Shown here: positions 59,363 to 64,000 of the stretch, piece after piece | Numbering within the stretch: position 1 is the first letter of the stretch | Layout: each line of letters begins with the position of its first letter | Assembly (NCBI GenBank): GCA_963788785.1 | Contig: CAWBIB010000005.1 | Span: 111,893 to 175,892 of the forward strand | DNA: 64,000 nucleotides | Direction of reading: 5' to 3' | From: an uncultured Acidobacteriota bacterium | GTDB taxonomy: Bacteria; Acidobacteriota; Terriglobia; Acidiferrales; UBA7541 | Program-made: the position numbers and the translations under genes | Notes under the pieces: model-generated | The model's database searches: none | What the model saw: only the letters and a program-made list of their open reading frames with translations | Told to the model about the DNA's origin: nothing

Positions 59363-60082
59363 ATGCTTCAGATGGCCATAATCGGCGCACTCACCATCGC
59401 GTTTTTTACCTTTGAAAGAGTAGTTCCCGGCAGAACTTTGCCAGAGGCTCCCGGATGGTACCTCCGCGCACTTTTTCTAAACGCCTGCCAGCTCGGCATT
59501 GTTCTATTGGCCGGTGTGGCCTGGAATCGCTGGTTGCAGGGCCACTCCCTCTTTCATGTTTCCCATGTAGCTTCCCCTTTGTTGCAAGGCTTCATCGGCT
59601 GGTTCATCGGCACCTTCGTCTTCTACTGGTGGCATCGCGCCCGCCACGACGTCAATTTTCTCTGGAACGTCTTCCACCAGGTGCACCACAGCCCCGCCCG
59701 CATCGAGTTGCTCACGGCTTTCTACAAGCATCCTGTCGAAATTGCCGCGGACTCGGTACTCATGAGCGCACTCATGTTCTCCGTGCTGGGCGCGTCGCTG
59801 GCCGGCGCCGCCTGGTTCAACGTCTTCGCCGTCTTCGGCGAATATTTCTACCACAGCAACATCCGTACTCCCCGCTGGTTCGGCTATTTCCTTCAACGCC
59901 CCGAACACCACTCCATTCACCACGAACTCGACGTCCATAAATTCAACTTTGGCGACATCACCTGGTGGGACCGCCTCTTTGGAACCTTCCGCGAAGCCGA
60001 CGATTTCGCCCCCCGCTGCGGCTTCCCCGCCGACCACGAGCGCAAACTCGGCTCCATGCTGTTATTTAAGGATGTCTACTGA
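59363..60082 (+). CDS. Sterol desaturase/fatty acid hydroxylase family protein
   Basis: His boxes HRARH, HQVHH, YHSN, HHSIHH. Confidence 0.9.
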   Translation: MLQMAIIGALTIAFFTFERVVPGRTLPEAPGWYLRALFLNACQLGIVLLAGVAWNRWLQGHSLFHVSHVASPLLQGFIGWFIGTFVFYWWHRARHDVNFLWNVFHQVHHSPARIELLTAFYKHPVEIAADSVLMSALMFSVLGASLAGAAWFNVFAVFGEYFYHSNIRTPRWFGYFLQRPEHHSIHHELDVHKFNFGDITWWDRLFGTFREADDFAPRCGFPADHERKLGSMLLFKDVY

Positions 60083-60187
60083 ATCGAAGCGTAACAAACG
60101 GTGAAGTACGATGAATGATTCTGCCAAGAAACACACGCATGACCGACAGCCGAAGGCGCCCCGGCTCGCTCAAGCCAGCGCTAACCC

Positions 60188-61030
60188 TCACCTACCCAGC
60201 CGCTTGCACATCGCCGTCAACCCCAATAGCGCCGACAGCGCGACGGACAGTAGCGCCAAATTCGATGGCTCAGGAACCGACGGGGGCGGGTTCGTGCCAC
60301 CACCACCCGAGGTCCCACCCGGGCTGAACTCCACCGTGAAATCGCTGGCGTAAGCGAACGAAGGATCGATCTCTACCTGTGGATCAGCGGCGGCGAACCA
60401 GGTCCCGGTGCCATCGCCCGAAGCGCCAATGGCATTGACTTCGACGTCGTATATCGCGCCAGGCGACGCATTGTAATTTATGCTGCCTGAGTTCGATCCG
60501 GGTGAACCACAAGGCCCGTTCGACGTGGAGCAAGCGTTAAGGGCGCCCCCGGGTGTTTCAAACGAAGCAGAGGCATCAGCTGTGCCAGAAGCGCTGGTGG
60601 TAACGGATCCAGAGAAGATCAGCGGCACCTGGCTTATAGCCACTGGTGTGTTCCCCGTCTGCACCGCTTGCACGTAATAAATCACCGTGGCCTCCGCACT
60701 CGAAAGTGCCGTGTTCTCTCCCCCAACCGTCGACCCATTTGCAGAGACCGACGCATCACCCAGACCGTAGGCGGCCGTCGCGGTGCTGATTTGGGTGCCC
60801 CCTAAGATCACAGTAGTTGTGGAGGTACCAGTAATCGATCCGGCAGTAGTGAGTGAGATAGCCCCTGCCGCTTCGACGCTGAAACTGGCCGCCGGAAGTT
60901 CATCCGCGTAGGAGGCGGATGGCAGCGCCAATGCGGCGGCAACAGCCAATAAGATCAACAAATCCCGGCTCCGTGATGCACGCATCCTCGGGATTCGACT
61001 TGCGCTTCGTGCCTTGTCTTCAATTAACAT
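60188..61030 (-). CDS. PEP-CTERM sorting-domain protein
   Basis: Signal peptide ending SYA; Ser/Thr/Gly-rich body; C-terminal VPEPSNLALLSVALSALLGLTAMCKRLGR. Confidence 0.82.
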   Translation of the reverse strand: MLIEDKARSASRIPRMRASRSRDLLILLAVAAALALPSASYADELPAASFSVEAAGAISLTTAGSITGTSTTTVILGGTQISTATAAYGLGDASVSANGSTVGGENTALSSAEATVIYYVQAVQTGNTPVAISQVPLIFSGSVTTSASGTADASASFETPGGALNACSTSNGPCGSPGSNSGSINYNASPGAIYDVEVNAIGASGDGTGTWFAAADPQVEIDPSFAYASDFTVEFSPGGTSGGGGTNPPPSVPEPSNLALLSVALSALLGLTAMCKRLGR

Positions 61031-61689
61031 TTTTTGTTCTCCAGCGAACAGGTATCGCGCGGCGGGGTCGCGGCCTCGCGTCTCAGCGCTGATATCTGAC
61101 AGAGTCCTGGGCTTCGGTCAATGGACGAAAGATGGAAAATAGATGTAAAAAACATGAGTGTCTAACCATCTGATAAAAGACAACTTGACGCCGAATCGCT
61201 TCGCGGCATCGCCCCCTATTGAGTCCACAGCTGGAGCGATCAAGCCATCACTGGGCTGGTGAGCCGCGTAGGCGAGCGGATCCACATCGCCGCAAGGTGG
61301 CGATTGACACGGTCGTGGCCGTCCCCAGCGATGCCGAGCGAGTCCCTCTTTCGCGGTGGACGACTAGCACCAGTACATTAGTACTTGGAGAGTGTTAATG
61401 GCGACATAGAAGCGCGCACGGGGTGACGAGGAGTTTGTGCGCACGGTCACCAATCAGTGCCCGAGGCGCGGCACGTTGTCCGGGCTTGATTGTTCTTCAA
61501 CCCACCGGCATTTTGAACACCAATACCCGTTCTGGAAAAACAAACGGGACGTTCGCGGTAATTTTCGGGGTCAGTCCGGACGTAACGCACGGGCACAATC
61601 TGGAAGGTCAGCCGTATCTGGCAGACGCTATACTAAGTTCTAAATAAATAATTAAGTAACCATTGGCTGCCGAAGCACTTATGACCCGG

Positions 61690-62130
61690 CTAGGCCGTCG
61701 CACCCTTCGCCATCTGACGTAGAAAATCCGGCATATTGAAGTGCGCTCGCGCCTCTTCCAGCAAGGCATCCGCGCCTATCCGCCACTCTTCGAATCCCTT
61801 GATGCAAACGTGCTGCCCGGTCCCGCCCGGCCCGGAATTGACGCCCGTCAGCGTCCAATGAAATTCGGCCCCGTCTCCCACCACGAAAACGTCTTCCGCG
61901 GTTATCTGCAGATCGGGGAACGCGCTCATAAATTGCTGTACCGCCACTTCCACCGCGCTTCGCCCCACGGACGGAGCGGCGCCATTCGCGCAGCGCGACC
62001 CGCGAGGAGAGTAGTAAGCCGCAACACTCGCCGCATTCTGACTGGACCACGCGGCGGCATACCTCTCCGCGAATTCTCGTAACGAATTCAGGTCAACTCC
62101 ATTAACGCGCGCATCATTCAAAGTTTCCAT
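61690..62130 (-). CDS. SnoaL-like/ester cyclase (NTF2-fold) protein
   Basis: FAERYAAAWSSQNAASVA.YY, FMSAFPDL, FHWTLTG.N.GP.G TG..V.I.G.E.W; start uncertain (62130 chosen). Confidence 0.8.
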   Translation of the reverse strand: METLNDARVNGVDLNSLREFAERYAAAWSSQNAASVAAYYSPRGSRCANGAAPSVGRSAVEVAVQQFMSAFPDLQITAEDVFVVGDGAEFHWTLTGVNSGPGGTGQHVCIKGFEEWRIGADALLEEARAHFNMPDFLRQMAKGATA

Positions 62131-62276
62131 AAGGTCCAAGCTCCGTAAATATTCTACCTGACTTGCGGCACCAGAACAGCCGAGCGAGTCCGCCTTTCGC
62201 GGATTTCGCAGCTGCGTTCGGGTATGATCCATGGGACTCGTTCGATAACCGCCTTGGAAACGTGAGAAATACATTC

Positions 62277-63111
62277 ATGGAAAAATGCTCTCAAAGGGAG
62301 CAGCACCCAGTTCATCGCCGCTGGTCCCGTTCACTACTCTTCTCTTTTGTCATTAGTACCTCGCTGTTTGGATTAGCCTGGGGCTGCGGCACAAGCAAAC
62401 CAATCGCCGCCGTCAGCAATGAACCCGGATCAACTTCTCCGGCAAATGTCGGAGAAGCTTGCTCACGCGCAAAAATTCAGCTTCAAAGTGGATCGCAAAC
62501 TGGACGCGGCGTTGGTCGAGGGCCGCAACGTTCCCGAAAACGCGCAGATAGAAATCTCCGTCTCTCGACCCGGCAAGTTTCTGGCGAAGTCGCAGAGCCA
62601 GGACAACGTTCGCCAGCTGGTTTTTGACGGCCAGAATCTTACGGTCTACGACGAGACGATGAAACTGTACTCCACCGTGCCGGTACCCGGCACGATCGAT
62701 GAAGCGATAGCCAGGATCGACGAAAAGTATGGATTCACACCACCGTTGGCCGAGTTCATTCTAAGCGATCCTTATGGCGCGCTGAGTCCCCGAATCAAGA
62801 GCCGCGCGTACAAAGGCAAAGAGACCGTCAGTGGCGTGGAGTGTTATCACCTGAGCCTGAGCGGCGAGGTGGCTGATTCCGAACTCTGGATCGGCGTCGC
62901 TGATCTGCTGCCGCGCAAATTGGTGGCAACGTTCAGAGATCGCGAGGGCGGTCCGGAACTTGAGGCTGACTTTTCCGATTGGAATCTGAGCGCCACGCCC
63001 GCCGATAACTTCTTCACCTTTGTGGCGCCGCCAGACGCTGCGAGCGTCGAGATGGTGACCGAGACTCAAATGCAAGAAACCGCCGCAAAATTGGCTTCGC
63101 AGCAGAAATGA
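62277..63111 (+). CDS. DUF2092-like periplasmic protein (LolA-like fold), +1 frameshift after the signal peptide
   Basis: Signal-like SLLFSFVISTSLFGLAW in one frame; removing one G from GGGG at 62380-83 gives ...LAWAAAQANQSPPSAMNPDQLLRQM, then RPGK, LVFDG..LTVYD, ELWI....LPRK. Confidence 0.72.
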
Positions 63112-63155
63112 CCCGCAGTCTTCAACAAAGAATCGGGCGAGAGGAACCCAACGAT

Positions 63156-63551
63156 ATGAAACGAACAACTAGCCGATACTACGGCGCGATAAATGTCCGT
63201 GAACGAGGCCAAGCCCTGGTGAGGGCAGCTATTCTAGGCACCGTGTTGTTGACCAGTGTTTCCGTCACACGGGCGCAAGTGTACGGGGTTGCCAGGAAAA
63301 CCACGGTCGTGAGCGGCCCGAACGGAACCGTGGCGGCCAGCAAGACCACGGTAGTCGCCGGCGGAGGCACCGCCACTAAAACCACGGTGGTCGCTACGGG
63401 AGGCGGCTTGCCACATGGCTACGTCGCCGTTATGCCCGCCGGTTATCGTGCGGTAACTGTTTCGGGCGTCCGCTATTACACCGTAGGCGGCGTTTACTAC
63501 CGCCCGCAAATGTACCAGGGCCACACGGTCTACGTGGCAGTTCGACTTTAG
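63156..63551 (+). CDS. Small exported protein, DUF6515-like
   Basis: Signal, repeated KTTVV, then LPHGY.AV...YY.VGGVYYRP...G.TVYV.V. Confidence 0.55.
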   Translation: MKRTTSRYYGAINVRERGQALVRAAILGTVLLTSVSVTRAQVYGVARKTTVVSGPNGTVAASKTTVVAGGGTATKTTVVATGGGLPHGYVAVMPAGYRAVTVSGVRYYTVGGVYYRPQMYQGHTVYVAVRL

Positions 63552-63612
63552 TTTAGCGTTTGTGAGCCACCCGTGATGCTCAAGCGGAGCCTGAATTGCG
63601 GAGAGCTGTCCC

Positions 63613-64000
63613 ATGAGTGTTGCCATTACCGTCGACCGCACGAGTAGTGGAAAAGAACACTTTGAAGTGCTGGATGGCTTGAGAGGATCCGCGGCCTTTC
63701 TAATCGTGATCTTCCACGCATTCAACTACCCGTTTGACTTTAATCCTCCGCTTCACTTAATGCACCACGCCTATTTGGCAGTCGATTTTTTCTTCGGGCT
63801 ATCCGGCTTTGTGGTCGCGTATGCATACGATGATCGCTGGACTCGGATGACCACGCTCCAATTTTTCCGCATCCGTCTTATCCGGCTTCACCCTCTGGTG
63901 CTGCTCGCAGCCACTCTGGGCCTGCTGGGTTACCTCTTCGATCCCTTCAGCAAGGCGATGAATCATACTGCCGCTCCAATGCTGCTGCTTGCCTATATCA
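63613..64000 (+). CDS. Acyltransferase-3 family (OafA-like) membrane acyltransferase, truncated by the window end
   Basis: My translation: MSVAITVDRTSSGKEHFEVLDGLRGSAA..IVIFH...YLAVDFFFGLSGFVVAYAYD..RIRLIRLHP. Confidence 0.9.
   Translation, partial: MSVAITVDRTSSGKEHFEVLDGLRGSAAFLIVIFHAFNYPFDFNPPLHLMHHAYLAVDFFFGLSGFVVAYAYDDRWTRMTTLQFFRIRLIRLHPLVLLAATLGLLGYLFDPFSKAMNHTAAPMLLLAYI

Noticed and set aside
61050-61690. Short ORFs and a GCAA-loop hairpin (about 61285-61305) as an IS remnant or riboswitch
   Set aside because: No transposase motif, terminal repeats or recognisable aptamer consensus.
1-64000. tRNA, rRNA, tmRNA, prophage or transposase/RAYT genes
   Set aside because: No cloverleaf, rRNA signature, phage hallmark or transposase motif recognised by eye; tRNAscan-SE/Infernal would be needed to exclude small RNAs.

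Overview
64-kb chromosomal segment of a high-GC bacterium, very likely Acidobacteriota (inferred from the PEP-CTERM proteins, the TPR-fused Ser/Thr kinase and the gene styles). It is mostly housekeeping DNA: relA, a tgt-yajC-secD-secF-tonB-exbB-exbD x3-TPR run, rpoD, dnaG, mutS2, dacB, folK and ruvAB. Interleaved are small accessory blocks: HicAB, a kinase plus PEP-CTERM pair splitting dnaG from rpoD, a TetR/HlyD/ABC exporter, an SOS-type radical SAM gene, an envelope cluster with a MliC-YbaY fusion, and an exported-protein-rich region at 53.6-64 kb. I found no rRNA, tRNA, CRISPR array, prophage or transposase. The most notable observations are: (1) SecF carries a ComEA-like helix-hairpin-helix insert in its periplasmic loop and appears translationally coupled to a receptor-less TonB/ExbB/3xExbD/TPR-lipoprotein module; (2) kilobase-scale domains of strong C>G strand skew, independent of gene orientation, largely coincide with GTAG-type REP palindromes that all lie on the + strand; (3) a degenerate M1 peptidase lacks HEXXH; (4) tandem LexA-like boxes overlap a sigma70 promoter. 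Four genes, including essential rpoD, are split by extra single bases, most likely sequencing errors. All family assignments are from motif recognition by eye, not database searches.
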